Shown: positions 23,701 to 48,991, counted from the first letter of the stretch. The stretch is DNA of 64,000 bases from Paraspadella gotoi (GCA_051294375.1 CM119267.1:6964325-7028324), one strand, 5' to 3'. Numbers and translations: made by a program. Notes: generated from the letters alone by a model not told the origin.

Positions 23701-26700
23701 CTCTACTAGTTTGGGGGTCATGTTTGTCACGATCTCTCCGCCCGAGCTCGAGTAAAGCTGCGTCGTACGTACGCTCTCTTCGCAAGCGTTTGTATTCGGC
23801 GATTTCATCGCTCTGTCGCGCTTGCAGATAGTAGTTCGACGGAGGACCCTCTAAGCTCGGACCCAATCGTCACTAAGATCATGCTTGCTCACTGCATGCA
23901 ATCCGTACTGAGATGATTTGACGGCGTATACGCGACTCCTCTCTCCTTGCCAACTCGAGATCTCGGATAATTACGTCTATCCGCTCCTGAAACTTGTCGA
24001 TCTAATTACTGAAGAACGGTAAGTTAGATCTAAACGTTGAATCATCAATGCACACACGCTATAGGTCATTACAGTTCGAGTGAGTACATCCAAAAGCGAG
24101 GTAATGCACACTGAATCGATGAGAGTCATAGATTTAGAACACACCTTGCAAACCAGTTCACGGCACCTTGACTTCTTACTGGCTTGCTGCTATTAGAGTC
24201 GCGTATACACGAGACATCACTGCCATTCAATCAGTGCAGCGCGCTAGTGAAAAGCTTAGACAGAATAATTAATAAGGAGGGGGAGAGAGGAGGATATACA
24301 ACAATATATAGACATCGTCATCCATGTTAACTTCAATACATAAATGTGGGTAACATTGGAGCACTATCTGTTTCTGACATTTGCCCTCAAGTAGCGTCAG
24401 ACTAATAATACGAGTCACTACGGCACGCCACGAAATATTTAATAGAGACCGTTGCAGCTATTGAGGAGCTAAATCGTCCAGGACGCATGCGGACTGAAAT
24501 ACAGTTCTTGCTATACATGATAATACTTAAGAGCCGCTCTGGGTTAACGATTTTCTTATTTATAGCATTTAAGTGAGTACAATTTTATATGTTTCATGTG
24601 GTCCTATATATGCTACAATCAATAAGGATATATTATGAACGGGAGAGATATGTTCACATCAAGTATGAGCCATGGAACGCATGCTTCAAAAAGCTCTGGA
24701 GATCCGGTTTTCAGGATGATCTTTTTTCGTTTGCACCTAAACAGTTAGATATGTGGTTCCTCTAAGGATACAAACAAACAAAGCCAATGCTATAATCTGT
24801 ATGTAAGCTTGCAGGAAATATATACTATCCGCCTTAGTCACTTTGAATTGCATTATGTCACTTAATTTGAATCTGGCTATATAGCACGCATCCACTTTGA
24901 TGCGGCAACCCGTATCATAATAAACAGAGATCGTATATTTTACATACTGAAGAGAGTATACGATTAGTACATAGAGAATAGAGAGAGAGAGAGATAATAA
25001 TATGGCATTACTCAAACACTCCAGATTGATATCCACTCTTCAATATTCGATCTTTATTGAAATGGACACGGTCTTCCTTTTACTCTACCTTTTAAATTTA
25101 GTTGGTAAGCAGCACGGGGGACCACTTTTTTTGGGTACGACGATGCATCATCGGACTATATAGCAGATTAAATCTCTGTATAGGCTTGTTCCAAAGAAGA
25201 GCTAGCAGCAGTGAAGAGATTGGTAAGAGAGGGGGGATTTATTTATGAGCTCAGTTGTAAGGGGACTGAGGAGGTAGACATCTCGCTCTACCCGCTTAAA
25301 CTAGAGCATGGAGAGATAGGCAGGTTCTGAGAAAAAATGATAAGACGTTGCGCACAGCGGAAGCGCAGTTCCATACTATAACTGTTAAAAGAGCTTGGAA
25401 CTAACAAGCATAGAAAAACGAGTTAATGTCCGTGAAAGGCAAACTATTCTTGAGACATAAAGTTTTCTAATATCGATTCGCATATATCGGCAGGTTAGGC
25501 AAACTCGGGTCCGGGGTATATACAGTAGAACTAAAGGTGATCGATGTTCTGTGCTGCTAGGACACATGACTAATTCTCGAATATACAGAACATCCAGACG
25601 AATAGCGAGTAAACCGCAATAGGGTTATCATACGGGCTAAGTCATGATTAACATCCTCGTCGTATTGTCCATAAGTCAGGGGGCATTCACTAGAATATCA
25701 CGTCTAGAGTTGATCTAGCACTCTCCACTAACTGTAACCCACAAGATAGTAAAGGGCCCATATGGTCTGCTGACGCAGAATAGAAACCGCGAAGACCGTT
25801 AGTTGAAGAAGGTAAGGAGGAACTGAGCCAGTAGGACGTTATATAGGGAGGGATATGTGAGGCGAGAATGAACGCCAAAAAATGCAACGCAATGAGAGAA
25901 GGAGAAGGAGGCGAGAAGGGGGGATGAAGAAAGAAGGGTAAGAAAGGCAAAGAGAGAGAGAGGCAGGGAGTAGAAAAAAAGACAGAGTGGTAAGGGGTAA
26001 GAAAAGAGGGAATTGAAAAAAGAGGAGAAAAAGGGAAAGAAGTGAGGAAAGAGAAAAAAGGTGATGGAGCGGCGGAGTGAGAGGAGAAGGGTAGAGGCCA
26101 GAAAAAGGTAAGTGAAACGCGCGGAGCTTCGAGCCAAGGTAGACGGAGTCGTGCGCAGAGAAGTAGGATAGACGACGAGAAACAAAGGCACATTCCTGGA
26201 CCTCAGAAAGACGTACAAAAGTAACAAAGCATGATATGATGACGAGAGCAGTAGAACTAAGCAGGTGCTATGCGAAATTGGACGAATTACAGTGAAGAAC
26301 ATCGAGTAGGCCAAGCGTCGACAGGATTTACCCAGGCACAGTAGCGATCAGTACCGATAACGGAAACTGTACGCGACAAAAGTAAATAGATCTCGTATCG
26401 ATGAGTATGATAGATCAACAGGGACCAGAGTTGATGCAAAGCGCTCAACGCGCACGTTCTCAAGAATATATCAGCACACAACATCTCCTAGATTGGACGA
26501 TAGAGCAGAGATTCTGAGCCAGTTATTTATCTGTAAAAATTGATGTGAAATAAGAACCGTGTGAGTCTTACAGGCCTTGAGCATGGATTTTATTAACTCA
26601 CCTAAAAGAGAAAGAATGGGCGATTACTCTAATTAGAACAGAAGATGATGGAGAATTTATGGTGGGATACTCTCATCTCGGTAAGTCGCCGATAAGAGAA

Positions 26701-28686
26701 CGTCTCGCTAAGACAGATCTTAGGCGTTGTATGAAAGCATTTCCTATCTCGTTCTCTACCAAAAATCAAATGTATAGGAGTCTGAGGGGGGGACTCATGT
26801 CTAGCCGGGATTGACGTGACACTAAAATAAGAATGAACTTGGGAGCGATAAGTCATCCTAGATATAGATAGAGCGGTCGCTTTTCACCCGTCGGTCGCTC
26901 ATCAGCCTGCTTGAGTAGTTAATCTATTCGTAGGATATATGGACGGTCTCTTATGAGAAAAATAATTCAGAAATCTGAAGCGAATGGGGTAACGCAAAAG
27001 GTATGTAAGCTACATCGGTTGAATTGAATGAAAGAAACAGAATGAGATACTTCAGGAAAGACTCTGAGCCTAAGCACTGAGTTCAATATATACATGAATA
27101 TACTGTACAATATAAACCAACAACCATATATATGAAAAACGCCACGACGGATGGCCAAACGCTATACAGTATCTACGCACTCATGATGAAATAGAATCAG
27201 ATTAAACAAAAGTCATTGAAAAATAACAATGACTGTATGTTTGATGCCGGAGATGATAAATATATCGATTGTTTATATGTTCTTAAAGATCTTTTTACTA
27301 AAAGGTAAATCTGAATGTGTCCCGAAAGGAGCCCACACAACGACGAGAGTTATATTAAGTCCGCTCCACAACAGATACTTTCGACCCTTTAGTATAAATC
27401 GAAGCGTAACGCCCTCGCTCAAGTGTCGTAGGGTATAATTTTAACTGAGATATTTGCGGAGGACGCCTTTCGAGAGAGAGTCTTCGGCGTCTATTTTTTC
27501 AACTCTCTACATAGCGAGTGGTTAACCCGAAGTCAGAGAACGCTCTGTCGCAAGAAACGTTCCTACAGCAAAGTCGATGACCACAAAATGAGATTTCGCG
27601 CGCGCTGTCTGAAAATAACAAAAGGATTGCGCGCTTTGCCAGCCGACAGTGAACGACTTCCCCGCTGCACACGTGGAGCGGCACGATGGCAGAATTTTCG
27701 CACCGCGTTGGTAACACAATTCACAGCTCAACTCGCACACGAGCCCATAGCGTGCGTAACACGGAACGCCGACGCCAGGACCGCGAGAGATATGCAATGT
27801 TGTCACGTGGCAGCGTTGAGACAACATTGCTGTAAGTGGAGAGAATCATAGTGAAGTTAGACAATCGGACGCGGAAAAGAACTACATATATGGTATCCAA
27901 TTTTGAGTGGAAACGTATATAACGAGAGTTTTAATATGCATTCGAGATTTTTAGTGAGTAAATGCATGGGGTACATGATGCAATGCGGACGACGTGAACG
28001 AGAGGAAGAGCAATAGAATGCGCAGAGAATAGAGCCGCGCTGTTCGAGACAAAACGTACAGAGAGACGCTTTCTTCTCTTCACACGGAAATGTTGAGAAA
28101 ATTAGTTTCTTATGGCGTCCAAAAATATTCTTTACGAGGGGACATGAGAAAGCGCTGGAATCGAAAATGTCACTGTCTACCTTGAGTACATACGGTCGCC
28201 GGGTCACTTCGCAGTCTGGGAAACAGAACTGTGTTGTATGCGTGGACGATTGAAAGTTGGAATTAATACATGCATTTATGGCGGCTGCAACAGTCTTTTG
28301 GTTCTAAAGGTGCCATAAAACACGATCGCAGAGCTCATACTTCACCCGAGCTAAAGTCTTTTTAATGCAATGAGAACGAGGTATGAGGCGAAGGATGAGT
28401 CTCCAGAGGTGATATAAAGTTTCGTGAGTCTATGAGCGTACTCCATAGGTTGACGGACGAGAAGAGTACCAAAAGAAATAAAGAGGTTGTATCACTCAGG
28501 AAATAACTGAACACGTCGGTCACAACGTAAACTGTAAGGCTTGAACCACGGCCAGATCATGACCGAGGCCATCGAAAGAATATGTAGTCAACTAATCGAG
28601 TTAGCCCGATAGTGAGCAGTTAGAGATAAGTGTACTATGAGAATCTATCGTTGCATTGTCAGTGAACGTGATTACGTGGGATGAGG
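17790..28686. other. Very low-accuracy, unpolished long-read-like sequence (probable assembly artefact)
   Basis: Similarity to the copy at ~52700 decays abruptly at ~17790. There are no long ORFs or exon/intron compositional structure, and the segment contains degraded direct and inverted echoes. It ends at a 25-N spacer. Confidence 0.75.
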
Positions 28687-28720
28687 NNNNNNNNNNNNNN
28701 NNNNNNNNNNNCTACCGCGA

Positions 28721-39454
<10,734 letters not shown>

Positions 39455-39457
<3 letters not shown>

Positions 39458-40859
39458 ATGTACAGATGATTTTTAAAGATCGAATTCCTTATAAGAATCC
39501 CAAGCTCTTTTACTTACACAAAGATTAGTAAGACGCCAAATTATCTGCATACCAAATTTTTTATTTTTTTAAAAAAATTTTTTTATTTTTTTTTTTTTTT
39601 TTTTTTTTCTCTCTTTTTTATTTATTTTTATTTTTTTTTTTTTTATTTTTCTCTCTTTTTTCATTCTCTAATTTTTTTTTTTATTTTTTTATTTGATTCT
39701 TTGTTATTTGTTTTTTTTCCAATTTCTACGCTTTTCCTCGAATATTATTTCTTTACTCTTTCTTTCTCCTTACTTTATATTTTCTCTCCTCTTTCCTCTC
39801 TTACTTCTCACGCTGTCACTTACCATTTTTTGGCCCCTACTTTTTCTGTCACTCATGCACTTTCCTCACCTTTTTTTCTCATCTTCATTCTTCCCTTTTT
39901 CCCTCTTTTTCTTTCCATTTTCCCCTCTTTCTTACCTTACAATTTTTTCACTATTTTTTCTACATTTGCCTTCGTTTTTTTGCCTTTCACCTCTCTTTCA
40001 TTCTCTCCCTTCTCCTTTTCTGTTTTCCCTTTCTATTTCCTCTCACTACGTTTAAATTGAGCCAAATCAAAGAAAATATTTAAAATGCATTATAAGAAAG
40101 AAAATGAACGGTAGCGCATGATTTTTCTTCAATTTTGGTTGCCAAGCAAATTTAGTAAATCGACAGATTTTGCGGATTCTGAGAAGAAAGAAGTCCTGAC
40201 GCTTTCCATTGGGTTAAAAGGATGCGGTTTTTTTTAATTAAATCAAGGTCAGTATGTACCTCATCTTTTAAACTAATAAAATGAGTTGAAAAATATTCTC
40301 TTTATCAAAAATAAATGCAAGTCACAAAAAGTCACAAATTAAAAAGACGTCTTAATAAATAATTTGTGGCTAAACACAAAAAGTTTTTTGATAATTTTAT
40401 AGGTGTTAAAGCTTATATTCAATAGGCTATATTTTCTGTAATTTCAACAATTTGATTTATTTTTGTTTAACAAATTATGATAAAGACTGAAACTCCAACT
40501 TTTGACTTGTTAACTTTAAAATTAATTCATAGGCAAACTATAAATGATTTAAGCTAATAAATTTACCAGAGGTAAAAAGATAAGAAAGAACGGATTTCCA
40601 AAGTAAAAAAATTTCTCACTTTCCTTGGCATTCAATCAGAAGTCGTAGTAAAAATGGACAAAAATGGACATAATTTTTTTGGCTAAAAGTTGCCAAAATG
40701 GTACTATTTTATCATTAGAAACGGTGGAGATAGTTTCTAACCAATCCTTCGTTCGCTAATTTGTGTTGTGGTACAAAGTTAATTAACATTTTAAGTAACA
40801 ACTGAACAATAGTGAAAGAGTCGTTTTTTTCCTAAATGCAACGTTTGTACGCGGAACCT

Positions 40860-40902
<43 letters not shown>

Positions 40903-41182
40903 AGAGAGAGAGAAAGAGTAGAGCCGCCGGTGGAGAAAGAGAGTAAAAAAACTTGTTTGGTGGCGGCGAATGTCAACCGGAAGTGATCGCGGATTCTGTG
41001 CCAAAGGTGGCGGCGGAGTGACGGTGAAGGCGGCGGCGGAGTTGGCGACCGCTTGTGCGGCGAAGGAGGCGGTGCCGCGGTGGTGGCCGTGAAGTTGGCG
41101 GCCGCGTAGAGACTCCTCGTTTCTTGCGGAAGGAGGGAAATTACATTAAGAGATGAGAGATGAGAGAGAGAGAAGAAGAGAG

Positions 41183-41217
<35 letters not shown>

Positions 41218-41642
41218 GAAAATTTAGCGTCTAATGCCACTGGTAGATTACTTTTATCACTACGACTGTGGGATGAAGGAGAAACAATTTTATTAAGGGA
41301 GTTTTCATTGTTCACATTTCGTCGTATTGTTTCAGGTATTGTAATGTATGCGAAATTATTCAATTTTAAGAATATAAACCAAAGTAGATATAAATGAAAA
41401 AAGCAGAAAGCTCAAAGTTTAAAGAGTCCGAGTCAATTACATTCCCTCCATTTAATCTCTTTTTCTTTTTCGCAGATCTTTCCCTTCCGCCCCCCCCCCC
41501 GCCGATCATAATATGCCGGGATTCGGCCGGAGGAGGCGGAAATCTAAATAATTGTCTTGGAGGAGACTGCCGCCGACGAGAATCATTCATTTCCCGCTGC
41601 CTCTCCGTCTCTGTCTCTTCTCTCTCTCTGTCCTGTCTCTGT

Positions 41643-41680
<38 letters not shown>

Positions 41681-42335
41681 TCTCTCTCTCTCTCTCCTCT
41701 TCAGAGTAATCTATTTAAAGAGATATCCTGTCCGAAACGTCTTGAGAGCGTGATTTAGAGCCATTCTCCAAATTGGAGAGACTTAATCTGCTCTGCCATT
41801 TTTTTCCCTTTTTTTCTATTTTTCTGTTAATGCGATGCATTTTTCATGATGACTAGTAGTTTCTTCTTTATAATTTCTTTTATTATTTTTCTTTAATTAC
41901 TCCGTAGGAAAACTGGATCATTACTTTTTAAAAATTGTTACAACTTTTTTTNNNNNNNNNNNNNNNNNNNNNNNNNNNNNNNNNNNNNNNNNNNNNNNNN
42001 NNNNNNNNNNNNNNNNNNNNNNNNNNNNNNNNNNNNNNNNNNNNNNNNNNNNNNNNNNNNNNNNNNNNNNNNNNNNNNNNNNNNNNNNNNNNNNNNNNNN
42101 NNNNNNNNNNNNNNNNNNNNNNNNNNNNNNNNNNNNNNNNNNNNNNNNNNNNNNNNNNNNNNNNNNNNNNNNNNNNNNNNNNNNNNNNNNNNNNNNTCTC
42201 TCTCCATCTCTATCTTGAGGTTTATTTCATTCGTGAAATATCACGAGTTATACCCCTCCGGCCCTCCGCCCTTTCCCTCGTATTTTCTTCTTTTTCAACG
42301 AAAGTTTTAAAAAAAGGTTGCGATGCGACGGCAGC
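39455..42335 (+). repeat. Redundant noisy copy of ~14470-17165
   Basis: Collinear matches such as tacagatgatttttaaagatcga and cactacgtttaaattgagccaaatcaaag. Differences are mostly 1-bp indels, and the copy includes an N gap at ~41952-42196. Confidence 0.92.
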
Positions 42336-43061
42336 GAGGAGATCATGTATATATATTAAATATATATATTAAAGATTGAAAATATTACTAACTATTTATA
42401 ATCGTACTCGCTATGGTATTTAATAATGAACAAAATAATACAGCAGTGCTATAAAGTATAATAACCTCCGGTATAAATCCACTTTCTTTCATAATGATAT
42501 GTTATATGAGAGAATTAATATGTAAATTTTATTTGGTTATGTTCGATCGAATATTTATATATAATTAATGACATTTTAAGATATACAGAAATATCATGGA
42601 CAACCATTCAGGTAAGAAGAAAAAGATGATATTCTTTTACCAGACTCAAGGCGAGTATATTCGAATACCAGCACAACTATTAGATATCAAATTATATTTA
42701 TTTATTTTATACCCAATACTTAATTTGTTTGGCTTTTGGTTACATATGATGTTAAAACGATAAGATTAGAAAGATTTTAAATTAAATATATTTTCTAAAG
42801 TAGGATATTTTGTGAAAGAGAGCGAGAGAGAGAGAGACAGAGAGGAAAGAAATGGTGAGCTAGGCTCAATAGTCAATAGTTTAGCATACAAATGTGTCAT
42901 GGTATGTTTTTTCTTCCTTGAGCCGAGGGTAGCACGAAGAGTGTTGACCCAAATTTTAACACCAAGTAGTTGCAAACTTTTTCTTTTACCGCCCAACATA
43001 TTTTCCTAGCGTAAATAAAGATTGAAACACTTGTCACATTTTGGTGAAATACCTTAGAACG

Positions 43062-44476
43062 ATGGCCGCAAAGTGGTCTTCACCTTTCCTCTTCTGGTGA
43101 TTGATGGCCGTCAGTTGGAGCTACATCTATTTGCTGATTTCTCTCCTTGACGACTGCATCGACTGGATCTCCCGTTTGTGGACTCTCGCTCTGACCAACC
43201 TCGTTTCACTTTCCACTCGCGTTTGCATTTCCGCCAGTTATCGCTCTGGGACCCGCGTCGTTTGAAGGGATGTTGGGAGAGTCCAGCTGGCGACCGTGGC
43301 GGCGTTGGGAGTGCTCTGTAAGGTGGGTCACGAACGACTGGAAAAATTTTCGTCACAATTAGTTTTTTAATGTTTTACTTATAAGAAAAAATAATTTTAT
43401 TATTTTAAAACTCAGATTATAAATAGACGTATACCCACAACTGAAGCTATAATATTTCTTGAAGTCAAACATAATGTTAAGAAAAAATATTAAAGTGTTT
43501 TTTTTTATTCAAACTTATGATTACAGCTATGATCAAAATGACAAGAAAAGAATAAAATAGCACAGCACATTGTTTCTAATTATGCCAGGCTAGTGGCTGA
43601 TACGTGGCTTTAAGGAATAGTTTTAATTTAGAAAAGTTTTAAAGACTGCAGTTTTAAAAAAAAACATAGATAACCCTCCCCGCAAGGTGTTGACGGTAGT
43701 GCCGTAACGGCGCTTCCCGTCGGCGACGCCGTCACTCTCTGGAACCTCAGCCGTCGTTTGCGGCGACGATAACCAATCTGCGCTCAGACGAAAAGCGCCG
43801 GGACGAATCCCAACCGGCGCTGTCGTTCTTCACCTCGCGGGTCGTACTCATTCAAAAGCCGAGCTTCATTTTCGCGTCGATTCCGGTGGCGAAGACGTCG
43901 CCTCGGCGTTCCCCGATGGTCAGTACTTTTATCTATCGCCACCGAATCTCCCTCCCCTACGCGGGCCTCTTTGTCCTGACGGAGGCAGCCCAGCGGCGCG
44001 GCGTCCACTGGAGCGCTTTTTACCTCACTACTCCGTGCGCGCTGCTCTTTCGGGCCGGGGCGTGCCCTATCGTCGAGCCGGAAAGGCAGACGCGCATACG
44101 CGACCTATCTCTCGAACGCTGGAATTTCGGTGGCGCGCGCTCGTGGGCGTTTCGACGTCGGTAGGCCTGCGCTGCTTCGTTTCGCGTTGCAGCATGTGGG
44201 GCGGAAGTGGTGGCCGTCTTTCTCGACCTCGAAATCCCCGTCTCTACATCTTAGCCTTCGGCCATGTTGGGACAGCAACCGGACCGCCGTTGGTCTTCGT
44301 CGGCGCCGGGATTGATCTTCGCGGCGCTGGTGGGCGATGGCGGTGAGGGGTTTCTGGAAGAAGAGGGATGGGGAGGGGGTGCTGCGGAAGAGGGGGGCGG
44401 AAGGGGGTTTAAGAATGGAGGGTTGATGTGAAGACGAGGGAAAATCGTCCGACGAAAGGGTCTTCGTTGTTTGTGA
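43062..44476 (+). pseudogene. Frameshifted copy of SLC35G1-like paralog A (probably uncorrected read errors, not a true pseudogene)
   Basis: Near-identical to 6710-8127 apart from many single-base indels. Confidence 0.6.
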
Positions 44477-46817
44477 TAAAAAGATTTAGAATTTACTGTT
44501 TACTGAATTTGACCAATGTGTTTTTTTAAAATCCTAGGGGGGGGGGTTAAATCAAGTCAAGTCGTCACATATACTGTTAACGTGACGTCCACAGAGGCAA
44601 ACCAGTTAAACGCTTTTCGGGCGAGCTCTTTCAAAAACGTTTCATACGTTGCATCATATTCTGAATGTTTTTTGGCCGTTGGTTGACTGTCTTGAAATAT
44701 ATGAAATTTCAAAATTATTTGTTTCAACAATTTTGGTCTTAGCTTTTAATTATAATACTCGATATAATTATTACAAATTATTATTAATCTATTATTAATA
44801 TTATCTAACAAAGTCTATATTTGTTATTAATTTTTGGGTTTTGATATCTAACCCTGAAAAAATATTATTGAAGAGACAGTAATTATTTGATATGTGTTTT
44901 ATGACAGAACGTTTCAATGTAAGCAGTCCCTCTGAGCTTTCGGATCAGGCCTGTAACACCATGTTACGGGCGGGTGTAAAGCGGCCCCGTCCCTCTAATA
45001 CTGTGCTAGGCGGACACCGGGCCTACGAACCCCGGACCTTTGGGGTCGGAGGCGAATGACTTGCCTCCGCAAGCAATGCCGCTGATGAACGGTTAGTGGA
45101 TGTTTTAGTCACCATACATCCCCGCCTCCCGTAGGGGAGAAGTCTGTTGCGTCTTTCAGTGATTGTTGTTTGTTGGTGGAAAGTTTGTCACCAAGTTGAG
45201 GCATGTCGCCTGATGTGTTTTGTGGGTGGAAGAAGTGCATCGCCAGGCTTTGAGGCATGTCGCCTGAAAGTGTTGTTGTTGCTGTTGTGTTTTGGAAGTC
45301 GGGCTCACAATGAAATACAAGTAATTATGATATGTGTTAATGACAGAACCGTTCAATGTAAAGCACGTCCCTGGAGCTTCGGATCAGGGCTGTAACACCT
45401 GTACAGGCGGTTAAGCGCCCGTCCTCTAAGCTGCTAGGAGACCACGGGCTAGAACCGCGGACGCTTTGGGTTGGGAGGCGAATGACTTGCCTCCGGACAA
45501 GCAATGGCCGCTGATGAACCGGTAGTGGATTTTTTAGTCACATATTATATATTAATTGGGAGGTTGTTAATGTTTGTCACTAAAAATGTAACTTTTTTCC
45601 TGATTTAAGTATAATCGATGTTCAAACAGTAAAAGTGCTCCGTTTTTAACTGGTTCGTCCTTTACGCAATAGGGTTCGATTCGACCTTCAAGCTCGACTT
45701 TCAACTACAATTAGTTCCGATCGAAAGGTTGGTTGTTCACGGGTCTTGACTCTTGAGAGCATTAGGGTTTTTAGAGATCACAAATCTTGAGTTAACAATT
45801 TTTTTAGTAATAACTTATTAGCTAACTAGAGTGAAAACAAATTAGGCTCTCTCTCTACAATTTCAGGATATCTTTACATAAATTATATAGGGGCTAAAAA
45901 GAAATCATTATTATGCAAACGTACCCTGTACAGCTTTTACAGTGTAAAGTAGCAATGTAAGTGTACATATTCCATTCTCGCGAGGAGGGCGCTATTTTGC
46001 GTGAAAACTTTATATAGTGCTCGCATTCGGTCGCATTTGATTAGGTTTCTCAACCTATTTTTCAATAAATATTTTGTGTGAGATAATCAAGTCAACGAGT
46101 TCCGAACGACTTAGGATCGGGGACAAAAGACGTTTGAATCGAAATCATCTAATCCCCCTTTCATGCGTCTCATGAACGCGAGATTCTTCAATTTTCAATA
46201 CATTATTTGAATTTCACGCATATTAACGAAGCTTTTTTTTTTTATTTATTTTTAATGATTTTTTTTCATAAAAAAATTTTTATAATCAAAAAAGAAAAAC
46301 AAACAAAAACAACGGCGGGGTCCTGTGAGCTCTTTTTTTCTGCGCAATCCAGTTTCAAATTGTCCAAGTGTCCAGGGGCGACATCTTAATAATTCTGGTT
46401 GTATCGTTAATGATCTCGTCATGCTTTTTTTTAACAGCGCTGTTTTTAACAGAGTCCTAAAATATTTTGCATCGGAGACGTTTACGCTCAGGGTCCTCTC
46501 CATAAGTACTCTGTGGGGATGTTATTCGAACCAAAAGCCTTTTTAGTCGATCTGCTTTCAGCAGATCCGGACTCATAATTCACATTTGTCGGTTTCCGTC
46601 GTTCCGCCCCTCAATATTTTTCGGGATTCACTTACATTATGTCAGAACATCGATATGATAAATTGGTGCAAAAGACATTTGCGCTTTTTTTTCCATCCAA
46701 ATCAAAAATATTCAGAACTGAAACTGAAGCTGACGGCTCAAACCATTTTTCGAATCGTGGCGTCTTCAAAACCACTTGATCTTGATATAGTAACAAACTC
46801 GACATAAACAAACAAAC

Positions 46818-48650
46818 ATGAATTCTCATCGATCTCGCCGTACCGCTCCTCTTTATCATGACGCCAGCTGGACTACATTGCTGCCTGTTAATCCTCCCTT
46901 TTTCTCCCAGCGGCATCGATTGGCGTTGGTGTGTGGCTCTTCGCGCTCGCCAACCCTTGTCAGCATCCCTCTGGCCATCTACTTCGGCAAACGCCCTTCG
47001 GCCGTCGGATCTATCCGCCTTTGGCGTGTCAGCTCTGACGGGTTTCGACGATGGAGGCGCTTTGCAAGGTAGTCTTCCATCCCTTGCAGGGAGAGTAAAG
47101 AATAGGGGTTGAAAAAAAAACCCTAAAAAGAGAAAAAAGTGGCGAATTTCACTTCGTCGACCTGCGGTTATGGCGGCTTTTGAAAAATCATTTAAAAATA
47201 TTTATTAAAAAAAAATAAAAGAATATTACTTAATTACCTAACCCTAAACCCTCCTAACCTAACCACCTTATCCTAAACCCACCCCTAAATCACCTTTACC
47301 TAACCCCTCCCTAACCCCCGGTGGCGAAAGTAAAAGTTACCCAAAACAGTTTTTAGGTAAGAAAGAAAAATATATTTTGGTAAATTATTAATTGAGTCAA
47401 AATCGAATTTTCAAAGAATAGGAATAAAAAGTTAAAATATAAAAAATTAAAGCTCGATAAAACCGACCATTTTGGTGTGACGAGTGTACACGCTCCCCTT
47501 TGCATATTTCCTCATCTGTGACCGAAATTCTTGCCGTCTGATCACTAACATATCCCTTACGGTCGACGGAACATGGGCTTCTTCACCACGATATGTTGAT
47601 CATCAGCAAGATCTCAGAGACAATGAAAATCAGTCTGATTGTAGTTTTAAACAGTGACAAAATTTCATACCATACAAAATATTCTTTTCAAAAAGAAAAT
47701 TTTAAACATCTGTATGTATAAATTCATTATTATAATACGTTTTATTCATATTCTTACGTACTTAATAAACTAGAATGGTGTGAGATTCTGATTGAAATGT
47801 TTATCTATGAGAAGAAATGGGGCCTTTACCCAACATTGCCGGTCCAAAGTAAGGGCAGAATTGCTTATTTATAGAATGAATGGTTCTCCTAATATTATAT
47901 CTCAATATCTTATATATATTCATATCATTTAATCCATCCCTCTATTTACTCACTTTTATTCACTTTTATTCACCTCACAGTTCCTCCTATCCATCTCGCT
48001 CTCCTGGATGTCCGATGGCGACGCCGCGACTCTTTGGAACACGAACGTGGTTGGTGACCGTCTTCCAATCGTTGCTGGAACGACGATTCCCAGGCCGTTC
48101 AAATCGCGCATCGTCCTCGCACTCACCGGCGTCGTTCTCATCCAGAAACCGACGTTCGTCTTCGGCGACGCGTCGCGCCGCCTTCTGACGTCGGATTTTC
48201 CCGACCGGAATACTTTTACGTCCTCGCTCTTTTCATCTCGTTCCCTTACGCCATCTACTTCACTCTCACCGATCATTGCAACGCCGCGGCGTCCACTGGA
48301 CGTCTTTACCTCAATTACACCTCGCTGCTGGCGGCGGCCCTGGCGTTTTCTCTTTCCGGCCCGATGGATCGAGTACGCCAGGTGGCGTCTTTGACGGGCT
48401 GAAGCCTGCGGCGTCGTCCTCATCGCGTCTTCGAAGTCTTGGGGCGCGCTGGTTCCTTATTCGCGTTGCAATACTTCAACGCCGACGTCGTCGCCATTTT
48501 TTGCTCTCTTAGAAATTCCGTCACTACTTCTTGGCTTCAAGCTGCTTGGTCAGATGCCCGACGTGCTTGCGTGGCGGGCTCGGCGCTGATATTTTCGCGT
48601 TGGTGGCTCTGACTGTCGTGGAAGCTTCAGAAGAGGGGAAGGATGAGTAA
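46818..48650 (+). pseudogene. Frameshifted copy of SLC35G1-like paralog B (probably uncorrected read errors)
   Basis: Near-identical to 10346-12244 apart from many single-base indels. Confidence 0.6.
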
Positions 48651-48991
48651 GAAAGAAGATCGAATCGTTTCAATTACTTTTTAGACAAACTTTATTCTTT
48701 TAATAAAGTTTTTATTTTCCTCTCTCTCTGTTACTTAAATGTTTTGGATATAAAAATGTTGAATAATAAAAAAAAGGGAAAAAAAAGTGTTTTTATTTCA
48801 AACAGCTATTTAGAACTACTGACAAGGATTTTCGTGAGTTTTGCCTCTCAAACCTTTTTTCAAAGATAGACTAAAACCGAGGTTTACCCGAATTCGGGTG
48901 GAAGAGTTCCGTGATTTATATATTTTTTTAAATTTTCTTTTTATTTCTTTTTCTTTGTTTACCTGTTTGTTTGTTGTTTACCGTCTCGACG

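Noticed and set aside
17790-28686. Endogenous virus or horizontally acquired island suggested by the compositional shift
   Set aside because: There are only short ORFs with no recognisable motifs, and the internal echoes point to raw-read noise.
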